From Owenia fusiformis (lineage: Eukaryota): DNA of 64,000 nucleotides. Below are positions 24,601 to 39,600 of this stretch, piece after piece. A program made the position numbers and the translations under genes. The number at the start of each line of letters is the position of its first letter. The first letter of the stretch is position 1. The stretch spans positions 47,926,001 through 47,990,000 of the forward strand of contig CAIIXF020000001.1 of the NCBI GenBank assembly GCA_903813345.2. Reading direction: 5' to 3'. The notes under the pieces are model-generated. The model was given only the letters and a program-made list of their open reading frames with translations. It had not been told where the DNA came from and made no database searches.

Positions 24601-27600
24601 GAAGATACCATAGGTCTGAAAATAAACAAATAACATTGTTTGATCTGAAGAATGTTCCACAGTATTTTGATAAGAACTCATGATCATTTTATATGCTGTT
24701 CAGCTTGGTATATCAGCCATTCTTGAAATGTACTATAGCGAAGAAATAAACATTGAAAGTAGGTAACAGGCCTCTAGTCTTATTGATTGATTGTTGCTAC
24801 ATATGAAAAAGTAGTTTTCTACAAAAGCGGTGTAGTTGATTTATAGCAAAATATTAAAATGGATGTATTAACTAACCCTTTATCTAAAAGATGGCAGATC
24901 ATATTCCCAATAGTATCACTGTATGCCGAGTCTTTACATATTGGTGTCCACTGACCTTGGTAGTAGACTTCCACCGTCTCCTTGCTATTCTGAACTGAAA
25001 TAAGTGTTGCATGACTTTTAATAATATTGATAAAATTTCACCAAAAACAATTCGAGGAGAGTGAAGCATTGCAAAATAACCAGCACGCAGTGTGGCACTT
25101 TTAGAATAAAGCCAAAATGTTCCTGATGGATACTTCGGGCCTCTTGTTACTAGATAGTGGCCATCCCTGTTTTCGTATTTTTTTTAATTAAATCCCTTTG
25201 GTATTGGATCCGTAATAATCACAGATTAAACTGAAATCAATTATGTTCAGTTTGTTATTCCAAGTCATCCACTCTCATAATTAATGTATGAAGCTTAATG
25301 CATGGTGATATCCCATTTGAAAGCACTTTGGACGTGAGTAGAATCGGGAAGAGATACTCACAGCAAAGGTGTTCATCCGATTCATCCCTGCAATGAATAA
25401 TTCCATCACATCTGATACTGTTAGCATCTGGGATGCACTGGTCTCCACTATCACAGGGGAACTCATCAGTCATGCAAACTGAATCGAAAATCAACGAGTT
25501 AATGTAGTTCTATATTTCTTAATATAATGAGCTGAAATTGAATACCTCAAAATGTTGCATTTTAAAGCAATGAAAATTAAATGACATATAATGCGATCCT
25601 CGGAGAATGTTATTCAGTCACATACATTCATTTGTTCATCAAATATATCTGCATTTCTACACACAATTTTCATTGCAAAGGCCATTCATGTTTTGAACAA
25701 TATATAGCCCCGAGGCTGTGGTTTGAGTCTTGTGAGCTCCTCGTGTCAACTCATACACGACGAAATACCATATTTTCTTATATCGTTAGGGATGGTTGAA
25801 ACTATTCTTTACCTGAGCATCCGTCCTCATCGTCGTTTGAGGGACAGTCCTTGTTACTGTCACACAGCCACTCTCTCTTAATACAACGTGTAGAGTTCTT
25901 GCATTGGTACTCGTCATCGGTACATGCTATAAACACACAAATACTGATATAAATGCTTCTTAGAATGGAGGAATCACATTCTTAGAATGGAAGAAGCCAG
26001 TACATCATCGTGTACTTGTTTTGATGTCATCATTATAATTTCGGGCAGACGTTTTTTCTCATTTTCAAAAACTGATATTTCTTGATTTTAATTGCTATCT
26101 GCAAAGTTTGATATCGTGTCGTATTTCCAGCCAATATAGTACATTAGTTTCATTGGTACACCATATTGAGTTCGTATTTTGTTTTGTGTTAAAAACAAAC
26201 GCCAAAACATGAACAATTTGAGTAAGTAACACATCCAAATGCAAACTTTCCAGTGTTACTCCACTCATCTCACAATTTCAATTGACTAAAATAATTCAAC
26301 TAGCTTCATCAAAGTTCCAATTGTTTTACTCACTGCAGTTGCTCTCATCTGACTCGTCAAAGCAGTTGTCTTCCTTGTTGCAAACCAAATAGTTGGAGAT
26401 ACATCTGCCATTGCCACACAAGAACTTTCCCTCGCAAACATTATCTATATCACAGAATTGCATTTATGTAGCTTGAGTAGTTTAAAATAATTCAGCAGTG
26501 CAACTACCGCAAATCTAAGAAATATACATTATTATGAATAATGTACCTCCACATCCTTCCTCGTCGCTGTAATCTGCCTGCTTACAGTCATGTCTACCGT
26601 CACATCTCAACTCTTCCCGTATGCACTGACCATGTGAACACTTGAACTCGTTATCGCGACATGCTATGGAAATGGATTTGAGACAATTAAATGCAATAAT
26701 TTCTGGAATGAATACTAAATCTTAATTCGTTTTTGAGTATGCGAATGAATTAATGCAAAGGCAGGAAAAAATAACCAGAAAATAAATCGAATTCGTACTT
26801 TAAACCTCTGATTTTTCCCCGAATTTCAAACGCCATTTATCATTTGATTTGAAATAATACTATTTATTAATCTAGCTTTAGGACAAGTCATAGTCGGACC
26901 CAGACTCGTGTATGTCATGATATTTGTTAAGGTTTGTGAACGGTAGTGGTTGGCGTTAAAATGACTCACTGCAATTCTGGAGTTCATCCTCCCCATCGTG
27001 ACAGTCGCTTACACCATTGCAAACCAAAGCCTTGTCGATAAACTTGCCAAATGAACACTTGAAGTGCCATTCTGGATAGTAGCCTGAAGTAGATGCATTT
27101 TTTGACAATATATAGTCCTGAATATCGTTACCATCAGTGTCAGAGCTTAGTAGAGTCTAGCATTTTGATCGGAGCCACTCTTTATCTCAAGAGACTGTGG
27201 ATCCCGCAATGCCAATGCGGGACTCTGATTAGGATAAATGAATTCGACATCTTTATGCTGATAAGATTAAAATGAGCCAAGGTAGCTGTCATGAGTTTTT
27301 CATTTGAAATAAATGCCAGGTCCTTATGAAACATATGTAACGAATACCTCAATAACGTAACATTTGATCTATGGCGACCGTACGGCGGTCGTAACTTCCA
27401 AAAATCTAGAGAAATATATAGCATACAATATGGAATATAGGGATAAGCAGTACGATTTGTAGATTTCCTATTGTGAAGCGTACGTCCATCGTAGAGCAAA
27501 TGTGACCGGGACTTTAAGTGACTGTTATTAAATGGGTGTAGCTGAATTTAATTTTATCGACCGTATTTTCGATAATCTGATTGGTTAAGGCTAGACAGCT

Positions 27601-30600
27601 GTACATCTTTAACTAAGAGTTTTGATGAAGCAAAACCAAACTATTGAAAGGGGTAAAATATGATAAAATACAATAATGGACTAATTGTATTATGAGATAA
27701 CTGCACTAATTCAGAGCAATGCTACAACTGTACAGTGCCCTCGTGAACCCCATGTTACAGTAATTTCAATCACTCTTTTTGAACGGTTTTACATCTCACA
27801 TTTGCGGCTATAAAACTAGACGACTGATTGAGACTCACCACAACCTGGCGATTCATCTGAGTAGTCTCCACAATCGTTCCTAACACTGTAAGAACCTAAA
27901 TTACAGTAAGCGTCAGCACCCACGCATACGTTGTTGTCGCACATAAATTCATTTTCGCCACATTCTATAATTATAATTATGATTATATTAATTATGTAAA
28001 AAAAATTGTTTTAAGATTTCTTATAATGCACATATTTGTGTGTCCTGTTGTTACTCGTTTTCTATAATTGATTAATAAACTTGGCGATAAGTGGAAAATC
28101 ATGGAAGCAAAATTAAACAAATGATACGATGATTTTTTCCTTTAAATAAAAAAAATTGCCAATGGTATAAAATTTCTTAAACACTAACGTTTAACCAATA
28201 CTGTATTGCAAAATGTACGTTTACCATGTAACTGTATTGTAATTTTTTTGCAATTGCTTTGACATGTTTTTTCTTCCCTGAAATAAAAAATTAAATAAAA
28301 AAATTAAATAAAATTAATAAATAAAAAATAAATAAAAAACTTACGACAAACTTGCTCATCAATACTATCACCTAAGAAGCAGTCCACTTTCCCGTTACAT
28401 ACCAAGTCGTTGGCTATACAGTGACCACTATCACATCTGAACTGATCTTCAGTGCAAGCTAAATATATGGAAGTTAAAAGTATATCATAGTACTAGATTA
28501 TAGTATGTCGAGCGGGGTCGTTTGGTAAATGCTTTGTATAGTATATAATAAAACAACCCTTTTTATGTTGTCATGCTTTTTCATTTATATTTTCATTTGT
28601 ACTATCAATGTGGAATTGTGGATTCTTTCTGAGCTTACAACTCTGGTAATTTTAAGTCAAGCTTGTGAAATGATTGGCAAGAATGGCAAATAATGAATTA
28701 CTTTGGTTAGTTTAATTCATATTATTCTTGATATGGGCATGGGCTTTCAATCTATTGAATGCCCATGATATGGGTCAAAATCATGCGTTTTGTTTCTTAA
28801 ATATGTTACCACTTTTGGTGACCAAATGTAAGACTGAATTCTGACTATCACCGGGTGAATGTCTTCGTATTTCAATACGATTACAACAATACGAAACAGA
28901 TGTGCAAACTGTTGGCAAATCTGAATATTTTAAACGTATTTATCAATTACTCACTGCACCCATATTCATCAGTCAAGTCGACACAGTCGAAAGAACCATC
29001 ACATACTTTGGCTGCATCTAAACATAGACCGTCGCCACATTGGTGTTGACTGTCACTACTGCAAGGTACAGCTGCAACAAGAAACTAGTTTAAATGGAAC
29101 TCTTGTGGACATTGTCTTAATTTTACAATGGAAAGGGTCTACAAAGGTAAAATGTATAAATGTGTAACTTTGAAGGAAAAAGTAAGTTTTGTCACATTTT
29201 GTAAAATGACGCTTTTCAGATGTTTATATGCAAAATGGGACTGATTTTATTGATAAAATCATTATACGTCAAAAACCATCATCAGCCTTATCATATTCCA
29301 GAAAAGTGAAGGGTATTAGAAAATATTATTGACATTTCAAATATGTGTGTACTACTGTTGGATCTGGAAGAGGGTGGGGGTAGACTGCTCATTCTCGTTT
29401 ATGCTTTATGTTTACATTTAGGAAATACACATTTTATCATACTCACCACAGTTCAATTCATCTGATCCATCCATACAATCATTGTGTCTGTCACATTTCA
29501 GATTTTTATGTATACATTGGTTATTAGCACAAGTAAACCCATGGGTGCAGTCTGGAACATATCAACATATTTCTTGAATCTGATATGTACAAAGGATGGG
29601 TATCGATATGGTGAACTTTTTGGACACACGTTTCTCTTCCAGTAATCAAAAAATTCTGAAAATTTTCTCTCAATATTGTAATTGAACAAAGGAAAGTTTG
29701 GTTGATCTAAAAAAGTATCTTGTTAATGAAATAAAAGGGTTGTCTTAATTTTTTATCTATTTTGGGTTTGGGGGTTTTTGTTTTAATTTTTGAATACTTT
29801 TTGTTTTGTTAAATCAACCAAAATTTACTTTGTATAACTATAATATTGAGAGGTCTAAGATATATGTTGCATATGCTATTTTTTCCAACAAGCTTCGCAA
29901 AGATATTTTATTTCATTCTCAAGAATTGGTAAAAAGGAACAAAAACAATTGCACGAAAAATAAAAATGTTAACAAAAACAGTATAAAATACATATATAAA
30001 TTATTTTCATGGATATCCAAAAGAGGACATTTAAATCTACAATATGTAAAAATATCAAAATTGTCCAAAGCAGGCGTAACGTGCATTAGATCACTGAGTG
30101 ATGAACTTCTCCAAACCTAGTCTTTTCATCCGATTTTCAATCGTATTTTGATATCCAAGAACTCGATGTACAATAGTGCATCCTATTCAATGTACGAATT
30201 AACCAAACCATTCCAATTTCTCATTTTGAAAAATACTTAAGTTAATTTTCGGAAAATTTTGATAAATTCAACTGTTTGGTACTTTTATCAAAATTTGAAA
30301 TGTTCTGAAAAATGCAAGACCGGGTAGATTCCCTACTATATCTGAAAGGAGCCGTCTTTGACTTTTTTATTGGAAAAAGAGGAATTAACTACTAAAAGTA
30401 ATAAAAGCTACAATACTTTACAGTTTTACAATGCAATTTATTTACGTAATTAAATTTTTCATTTTCGAATGAAATATGTAAGTTACTCAATGCACCCTAT
30501 CACAAGGTATTTGATACTGTGACTGTCATAGGTAAAACTCTCAATGTCAATACAATCCTAAATCTTCGTCAATTCTGTATTTTGCCCACTTTGATACGAA

Positions 30601-33600
30601 CGTTTTGAAAAATTGCAGTTCGTGAGTTCCCCGATTACCTGTTTTGTACAGACCGAGACTACAGATAGAAATACTCCTTGAGAAGCATTCAACACGATGA
30701 ATACATACATAAAAGCCTCGTGTACAAATGGTCCAATGAATCCAAAGATCCAAGTAAATCCCATGATAACAAACAACTTAAAATACACATCAAAATGATA
30801 TCCATCATCATTTCTGGCTAGATTTGATTGTTTCCAAGATTTTATTAACGCGATTATTGTCATGGTAAACATGACAATGTTGAACAGAATAACACATGCT
30901 AGAGGCCCTGCAAAGAACAATAAGTTGGCTTTATGATTTGTGATTTGACATACATATGCACCGTACTTTGGTTTAAATGAACCATCATCGCCCACACTAT
31001 CCATAATTAAAGCTACAGCTACTATGGTTGCAGGGAGAGTCAAAGCAAACACACAATATCGAACAAGTTGCTTCTGACCTCTAGTTGATATCTGAACAGA
31101 AACACTAAACGTACGATACATGTCATACGCAATGACCCCCATCCACATGAATGTGACCAGGTATGCGTAGTGGATGAGTATGGCAATGACTTTACACAAT
31201 TCCGGGACTGTCTCTACAAAAGGTCCAAGCAGATAAAGCACACTAGAGGTGCACAACGACACCACGAGGCAGAATTGGAGTTTGCCTGGGAACGAGTGAA
31301 ACACCGTAACAGACACCTGGAGAACAATACGCACCAATAAACATATAATTGACAGCGTGAGACATATGATAGAAAGAATACCCATTACTTTGATTGAATC
31401 AAGTGTAGCTTTTTCAATGCCATAAGAACTGCGTTGAAATGTTACAGTGTTTGTTTGCCATTTAAGATATGTGGAATAGTTTAGGAGTTTAGCAGAAAGG
31501 GAAATGACTTCACAGGTTCTTGGAGCTGACCATTTCAATAATTCTTCGAAATCTTTTTTCAGCCTATTGAATGTCTCATTATGAAATCTAGCACGACTAC
31601 TAGTGTAATCAGCTGGCATCTTTGCAGTGTACTCCACTGAAAATGTACCATTGAGGGTATTGCTAGTGTGATCGTACACATTCGAAAACATATACGACAC
31701 GTCCGTTTGCAGTTCTCCAATAAGTGAAGGTTCAGCCAATACATCTTCATTTACCATTTTTTGAATAAAGTCAATATTTGCTCGACTAGAAAATTGAAAA
31801 TCATCAGCTATTATGTATTCCAGTGTTGCAGTGACATTAAAAGGTGTGTACACATGCTCACAAGCATTGTCTCTTAGTACAAAGCCACTCTTACACACGG
31901 CTGTACAGTTTTCAACATTGGCGCATCTAGCATCTATTTGATTTCCATCAACTGTAAATCCAAAACTTAAAACATCATTTGCCTTTGGGTTAATGTTCAT
32001 AATTAAGGAAAATGAAAACGATCCTATTTCAACAACTTCTCTATTATCCGTTCGATATATTTCAACTGAACAAAATCTGTTCTGCATCATTCGCCATCCG
32101 TTGTTGAGGTTACACATGGCACAATATTCATTCTTGTATGCCTTATTTTCCATACCATACATTTGCATTGGTTCTTCACGACACAGCTGTTTTAGTCTGT
32201 CAGACATGCACACTGACTGATTACATTCAGCTACATGAGGCCAACACTCTCGCCCGAAATCAACAGGAAATGTTATATTTAACGAGCAACGACCTTCTAA
32301 AATGAAACGTTTTAGTTTCTCAATCGATGTGAGTTTGTGTTTGGCCGACCTTTCGCATCTCACTGAAGTAGGCCATATATTGATGTGTGACATGTTAACA
32401 TTGTTACACTTAGCGCAGTTCAAGTTGACAAAGTTAAGACCTGTATTTTGATCGTACACCGGATTGTTGTTATCCAGATTCATACTAGTAGTATCGCCTT
32501 TTGTATTTGGAAAGCAAGGTGTCTTGTTGTGATCATCACAAGCCACCACCATTGATGCGTACCTATCCATGCCATCTAGTTTTACACAGTTTAACTCCCG
32601 TGCTACATTTCCTTGCTGTATATTTGCCTCTGTAGGACATGCCCATGCAAAGTCCTCACAGCAGTCTCCATTTATGATACAGTGTTCGTCGCAGGCACAG
32701 TGTCTTGTAGTTGGGAATTCTGTCTTTTTGCCACAATGTCCGGCACACCTATATTGGTTAGGTTGTAATTCGGTGCAATTTGCGACGTCATTCATTGCCC
32801 TCTCGAGTTCCAAGCTATTGCTACACGGACTAGGAGGCCATATCGTAAATTCCATGGATTGAGTATACACCTGAATAACAGGAGGTGGGATGAATAGAGC
32901 TGTTGGTGCCACACTCGTTTCATCATCGAGCGCTGACCACATTGTCGCATAGTATGGTTGCCCTGTCATATTGTGTGGTCGTCCTGTATAACTAGCGCTT
33001 CCAGTTTCAGCCACTTGAGTTTTATCTTCAAGAGCTACGTTTGGGGCTGTTACTTCATTAGCATCCGTAATAGCGTCATCCTGTTGGTCATTAAGAACAG
33101 TCCCTGCAACTACTGTCCAAACTTCCAACAGATGACTTTTGATTATGATGCTGCCGAAGACTGCAAACAGCGTCACGAGATTCTTTGGGAGTACCATATC
33201 GCCAGAGGAAACAATATGGATTATGTTGCTTAAAGTTAATACCTTGCTTAATGCGCGAATATGATCGTTCTTGTTTGATATGATCTCCTCACTTCCTTTG
33301 ATTTATATAGTTACCCTAGTGTGCTTTATGTATTCATTAAAATGAACTAGTGGTCCTCTGATGATGAGACTGTGATGATAGATTTGAAAGCAATCTATAA
33401 CAAATAATGCATTTCCATTAACTTCACTTACTAATGTTTTTCCTGATAATAGCAAACGTTCGAAAGTATCCGTTAATGTTAATTTAACAGAGATGAGGCG
33501 GTAAATAATTTATATCTTTTAACTGAATTTTGTTCAACTGTTCTTAAATGTTCATCTAATGCGAGTGACTCTAAATGCCGTTAACAGTATCTATAGTCTT

Positions 33601-36600
33601 GGCATTATTGTCTGTTTATTCCCTCGTGAGAATTAATTGAATTATTCGGAATTGAGAAAAAATATTTATTATTTCCTACTGAAAATTGTTTTTCACTAAT
33701 ATCACCTACACAAATACGCAATACGTAATGATATAATTTGCATTTAATCGAATTACTAAAAAGTCACCTACCTACCTACCTACATATCGGAACAATGTTC
33801 TATTGTATCTCATTTTACTAGGAGTTCGATGGACATCGGCTTTGATAATTAATGATTCTGAGAAACAAATGCGTGAAATATTAATCGGATAATGTCCAAC
33901 TCCACCCTATTTTGTTTTAGTCGTGGTAAAACAATAGTTCATCCGTGATCTCTAGTTAAACCCGGACCCTAGTCAACTCGGACGGACCCTTATGTGTCAT
34001 ATATAAAATCACGACAATGGAACATATTTATGACAGTAAAAATAGGATACAAGAAAATTAATTAGTAGTTAACGACACCGATCCTTCATTTTGATTGTCA
34101 TTACAATATAATTCCTATCGTTATGTTTGCCTCTAAGTTAATAATAGTTTAATAGTAATGGCATCATCTAATCTTATCAAAATAAACGTATTCAGTTGGC
34201 GCGCATTGTTGACACAAAGTATATTATTCAGCATTCTGATACTCAGACCATCTCTGCTATGCACAGGTTCTAGAAGGAAACTGAGAGAAGGCTGTGATAT
34301 CTCACGATGATTATGCAGTGTTACATCACAATAATACATCAAAATGTTCTTTGATGTTCAGCTATGTATAGTCAAGTATTAGATTAAATGTGTCTTACCG
34401 CAACCTATTTCATCAGAGGCGTCAATACAATCGGCAATTCTGTTACATTTTTTTGTGTCTGGGATGCATCCCCCTTTACCACACTGGAATTCGTCGCCGG
34501 TACACACTTAAACATACAAGATCCCATTGCATTCAGTGTCAAGAGAAACAGTACTGCCTTCATGTGCAAATTCATACTTCATACAAAATCTATTACTTAG
34601 TTAAAAGGTACCCTTACCACAACCAATCTCATCTGACCCATCACTACATCCAGCTATACCATCGCAGCGGTAAAATTTATGGATACAAGTACCATCCGAG
34701 CACTTGAATTCTTCACTTGAACAATCTAAAAATAACGTTTGTTTGTTAATGTATTATTTTTCATTTTCCATCATTTCAACATTTTTAAAGAATGCAGTAA
34801 AATTAGATGAAAATAATAACCGTAAAAATTTGTGGTTCCCACATCTGTATACTATGAACTCTAGGGTTGTGTTATAATTGTAACATGAGGTTTGTGCAAC
34901 ATAAATATAAGCTCTCATTTGGTTTGTCCAAAAAGGGCATTTGCATCCAAACTGGTTTTTAAATTTGAAAAGTTAGAATTCATAGGCAAGAAAGATGTTC
35001 AGCATGATCTAAATTCTTTCTTACTGCAATGGTGTTCGTCAGTACCATCTCCACAGTCATCTTTGTTATTACACACATAATGTTGGGGTACACACCGCTG
35101 ATTGGCACACTCAAATGCATTACACACTATAACAAAACATAATCAACAAAATCATTAATAAACAATAGAACTAATGTGGCATTTGCAGAAGTTATAATGG
35201 AAGAATGGCATTCCGATACAAATTTAATTTTAAAGAAGCTCTGATGTCTGCAAAATTTCATCGATGAAACCTGTCAATTTTAGGAGATATTGCCTGCTTC
35301 AATGGTCTCCTTTTTCTGATCACTCTATATTTTGTTTGATATCAAGTGACTTTTAACTAGAGAAATAGCTAATTTGATAAATCGGTATCTTACTTGGAGG
35401 ATCAGGGTGATCAGCATCCATTATGGATATATCATCCAATGCAATATCTCCTCGGTAATCTATACCTCTCACTACTTCGATGACAATTTCAGTCTCTTCC
35501 TGGACAAGCATTAAGGACCCAAACTGCCAATCCTGACTTACTTCTCCCTTTTTTATCCACATAGACTTTATGTTTCCTTGGTGATTAAACACAAATAAAG
35601 ATCAAAAATAAATATGCATTCGAAGATACGCATGTTTTCCATACTATGGATTTTGCTTTCGAATCAATCACCACTGGAGAAAATTCGTAGAACTATCTAT
35701 AAGCATATGGTTTTGGCCAGTTGGTTTGAACATCACATAGCAGACATATTTAGAAATTTTATTTTACCGAAGGACGAAGATCAAATCACCTTGTCTGTCC
35801 ATCTGGGCTACCATCAAGGAACCGATACCTCCTCCGTACATGTGGTAAAAGAAGGTTAGTTTTTTGGGCTTTGTGAATGTCCTGAACGCCGATCTGAGGC
35901 GAGCCTTATCCCCCGCTTTTGCAAGGGAACTGGCCTCGGCATAAATGTAATGTCCTGAAACATCATATTTATAAAAGTTGAGTTCAGCATGAAATAATGT
36001 GTCAAACCTAAACGCCAATTATAGTAAGGAGCAGGCATGATTTGTATTTTGAATTGTGTTCTGTACCTTTCCCTGTAGTATGGTCGTACAAGGGTCCGGT
36101 TTCAAACGAATGTGTGAGCCCAAGGTGGATTGCCCAATGGTACATTGTTGGTTCGTCCTTTCTATAGCCACAGAGACCATGTTCAAATGTGCAATGCTCG
36201 ATCGTTTCTATCACATCTGGAAAGTAAAGATTTTAGGGACTCGTTCATATTCCTCAGTCTTTTTATGGTCTATGATTATTTTTTATTTCACTATATCCGG
36301 TACTGTATGTAGAGTTCACACATATATTGTACATATTGCATATATTCACTAAAAGTATGTACATTATATGTACGCAAAAGTCACTGCAATTTACGAATCT
36401 TTGGTTACAATATTTAGATACAATTATGTTAGGGACACAGGGAATGCAGGCTTAGACAAATTACGAAATGAATGTGTAAGTTTTAATTGGAATATCATAC
36501 CAACGTTAGTTTTTGTTATCCCACATTTTATACCAATAGAACTTCTCTCATTTCTGCATTCTTCGGGCCTTTGGGGTTCACAATCAGGAGCTATACACAT

Positions 36601-39600
36601 GTAACATTCGTTAATAGAGGACTCTGTACCGTCACATTGTACTTCACTGACGCTGGTTGCCACGTAGTCACCAGCACCATAGAGGGACTGGGGTTGGTAA
36701 GTTGCCCCTTCAGTTCTGTATAACGATTAAACTTGGTATTTGATGAATAGAAACACAAAAAGGTGGCGTATGCCTGTAGTGTAGTTTAGTTTGGACATTG
36801 CACATTTTGAATTACATATATTGTTTGTTCCATTTTTTAAACGTCCTATGTGCTTTGTTGATGAACTATTCGTAATTTGCTTTACATTTAGCTCTGTCCA
36901 ACAGATAGAAAAATTAGCAAATAAATGAAATTGTATTTTTTAAAACAATGGCTCGGACTACACTCACTCAAGTCCCAATTGTTTACATGTTACTGCAGCT
37001 GCATGGTCATTGAACATTGTATGACATACAGGAGCCCATGTGTTATTGTGATACAACTCTAATCTTCCCTCTTCTGGTCTTCCACCCTCAACAAGCCTCA
37101 TACCCACTGGCTCTGTATTGGATGAAATGATTACAAGATATATCGTGCTTAGAGTCTCAAAGAGTGGCGTTATACTTATCGCCTATTAAGATATTTGTTG
37201 TTATATCTGGTCAAGGTTGAGGATAATATTAATTTTTAAAACAAATCATTTAATCAATGAGGCCGCAAAGTACCTTCAGCACACGTTAGTTTCATATAGC
37301 CATATGGGCAGGTTGATGATTCTTGAATGAGCGAGGTCTCGCATGTTGCCAACGTATGGACGTTACCATTGCACCAAAATACTGAGTAGAAGAAATCATC
37401 GGTGGAAGGCTTCCATTTAGCATCTTCGATCAGTTTGCCACTCCCACTGGAATATATAATGTTAAATTCCAAATTAATTGAACGTTGATGTGACAGTGAA
37501 GTCGAGGCATTAGGATCCATTGGTTTGGGATCGAAAGATTTGTCCGCTTATGTGGGGCATGCTATGTTTCAGAAAACTTCACAATTTTTTTAAATCATAT
37601 GTTTTGTTTTTTTTATATCCACAAAGGATATACCCATTGCATGGTGATTTTCTTTGGTCTACCATAGCGGACAGTGCAAATCTGTCGATCTCAGCTTCAC
37701 TGGTCAGTATCAAGTGAAGGTTACCTTTGTGGATGATCAGCAGACTACATGACGTTTTACTTCAAAGGATAAAACACCGTTTACTTAATTTATTAGTAAA
37801 ACATGATACCTTTGTTGATATCCGAGTGTTTTACAGGCAACTCTAGCAAGGCTTAATATTTCTGGATCCCCTATACAAACAGGACCCCAGTGGCCTTGTC
37901 CGTTACCGACTTCAACTACACCTTCGTTCTTCTTTGAACCTCCATAAAGCCGAAACTTAAGACCTAAAAATGAAAACCCCGTAGATTTAAGTGAAAAGGT
38001 TAAGTAATTTTTAGAAAGAACTATTCTCTAAGAGGTTCAATATGCACAAAAATGGTATGATAAGGATATTACATTTTTACTAAACCATCCGAACGCGCAC
38101 AATGAAAGAAGATCTCGTAGAATACAATACATTTCAACCTTTACCTTCACATTTGCCTTTTGATAAAGTGATTTCATCGATATGAGTAGGCATATCATAA
38201 TTTGAGAAACGTAGTTTCAGCTGTGACACACCAGATTTGATATCAAATGCAATTTTAGACCATTTTAACCTTTGAACATATGCGTATGATCCTTTCGCAA
38301 CCTGCTCGCCTAAAATTAGAATTAACACATTACTGTAAAATTCAGGTCTGATTAAGGTCTCTGGGACCTGGGTAGAAGAAATTCACACCAAACAGGAAAT
38401 GAAAAAAACATGAGGATTTTTTAATTTTTTGAACTTGGATAACAAAGTTCTGGTTTGACCTTCAGTCAGTTTTACGACTCTCATATATTATTTACAAGAC
38501 CAGGATCACAATGGTCATGGTCGAAATGATAGTCTAGCTTTTTCAGCCCTCTGAAAAGTGCCTGAAAAATAGTCAAAAGTTGTCCTTTCGGAAAGCTCAT
38601 CAAAACAGATTTTTTAATTTTTCAGAAAATGTGCCCAATATATTGTTTGAAATGATAGGAGCTTTGAAAATTTGAATTCATTCCTCAAAATAGAGAGAAA
38701 TGAAAAAATGGTTTGAAAAGCAATCCCCTTTCCTTTTTATGAACACAATTTTTGTTTCAGACAATTTTTCAAATTTCAAAGCTGCTTTCATATTAAAGAA
38801 ATATATTAGGCAAATTTTCTGAAAAAATCAAAATATTCTGTTCGATGACCTTTCCGAAAGGATAATTTTTAACTATATTCAAATTCATCATTGACCATAA
38901 TAATTGTGTTCCTGGTCGTGTAAATGATATGTGAAACTAGGAAAATTGAGTGAAGGTCAATACAGGACGCTGTTATCTTAGTTCAAAACATTTCAAAAAT
39001 CCAGTATGTTTTTCACTACCTGTTCGGTTTTCTGATAACTATCCCGAAACGTTGAATGACTTACAAAGTAAGTGAGTAATTATCAAGCCTGTGTCTGAAT
39101 AAAAAACATTTCTGATAGAGACATCCAAAATTGTCAAATATCATTAGCATGAAAGTACATTTATGAGCCAAATGGTGCAACTGATTCAGCAACATTATAC
39201 AGAAAATAATCTTATAGACTGCTAAAACTGTGAAAATTATGTCACATGATATTATTGTTGGCTTGAGCCTTGCTAGTTTTTTGTCTGACCTATTCAAATT
39301 GCGTACATACCAGTTCCCAAATCAAACACATTGATTCTCCCACTCCTGGATGCAATTGTTTTGCTGATATGAAAGGAAAGACAAGTTTCCCCATCTAAGT
39401 TGCTAAATTGAGGAAGAGTTATGTAAATGTAGTCAGATCCACTTTTAGTTAGTTCACCATACAAGTAGTATCCTAAAGTCAGAGACACGTATTGAATTAC
39501 AAACAGCATTATCATTTTATAGCTTGAGACAACAATGAATCGTTTATTAGTATATTTCAATAAAATAAGATAAAATAACACACGTAAAATGTCTACCATT

